Shown here: positions 63,700 through 64,000 of the stretch, piece by piece | Layout of the letters: the number at the start of each line of letters is the position of its first letter | How positions within the stretch are numbered: the stretch's first letter is position 1 | Source: Macrostomum lignano | Taxonomy: Eukaryota | Direction: 5' to 3' | Assembly (NCBI GenBank): GCA_002269645.1 | Contig: NIVC01000981.1 | Location: forward strand, 124,001 to 188,000 | DNA length: 64,000 nucleotides | Position numbers and translations under genes: made by a program | The notes under the pieces: model-generated | Seen by the model: the letters and a program-made list of their open reading frames with translations, nothing else | The model's database searches: none | Told to the model about the DNA's origin: nothing

Positions 63700-64000
63700 G
63701 ATTTTCTTCTATTCATCCCTTATCCTGATTTTATTCCCCTATTCATCCCTGATCCTGACTTTCTTCCCCTATTCATCCCATATCCTGAATTTCTTCCCCT
63801 ATTCATCCCTTATCCTGATTTTCTTCCCCTATTCCTCCCATATCCTGACTTTCTTCCCCTATTCATCCCATATCCTGACTTTCTTCCCCTATTCATCCCT
63901 TATCCTGATTTTCTTCCCCTATTCATCCCATATCCTGACTTTCTTCCCCTATTCATCCCATATCCTGACTTTCTTCCCCTATTCATCCCATATTCTGACT
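63700..64000. repeat. 30-bp minisatellite (TATCCTGACTTTCTTCCCCTATTCATCCCA), runs off the window
   Basis: RSPRY1 intron. Confidence 0.9.

Overview
Repeat-rich eukaryotic (animal) genomic DNA: GT-AG spliced genes with GC-rich exons, and introns mostly filled by private minisatellites. The style resembles free-living flatworms such as Macrostomum (inference). Spliced gene models built by hand: a 6-exon type II membrane protein with a Pro-rich cytoplasmic tail and TNF-like C-terminal domain (103-2656, -) with a broken tandem duplicate (~3160-7370); CHMP7 (11189-16646, -); AP-1 mu1 adaptin (26438-31357, -); a TTC39A/B orthologue (42772-51123, +); a secreted PAN/apple + LamG-like protein (55486-56940, +) with a decayed paralogue upstream; and the 3' three exons of RSPRY1 (60441-63629, -). 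Mobile DNA includes a Ginger-like/solo-LTR-like insertion with a CCGC target duplication, a LINE RT fragment, two CORE-type SINE copies and several MITEs. The most unusual feature is TTC39 exon 7: it carries an in-frame TGA upstream of conserved coding sequence and is bracketed by two intronic minisatellites that are reverse complements of each other. Most long ORFs in the supplied track are repeat artefacts. No CRISPR, rRNA or true tRNA gene was found.
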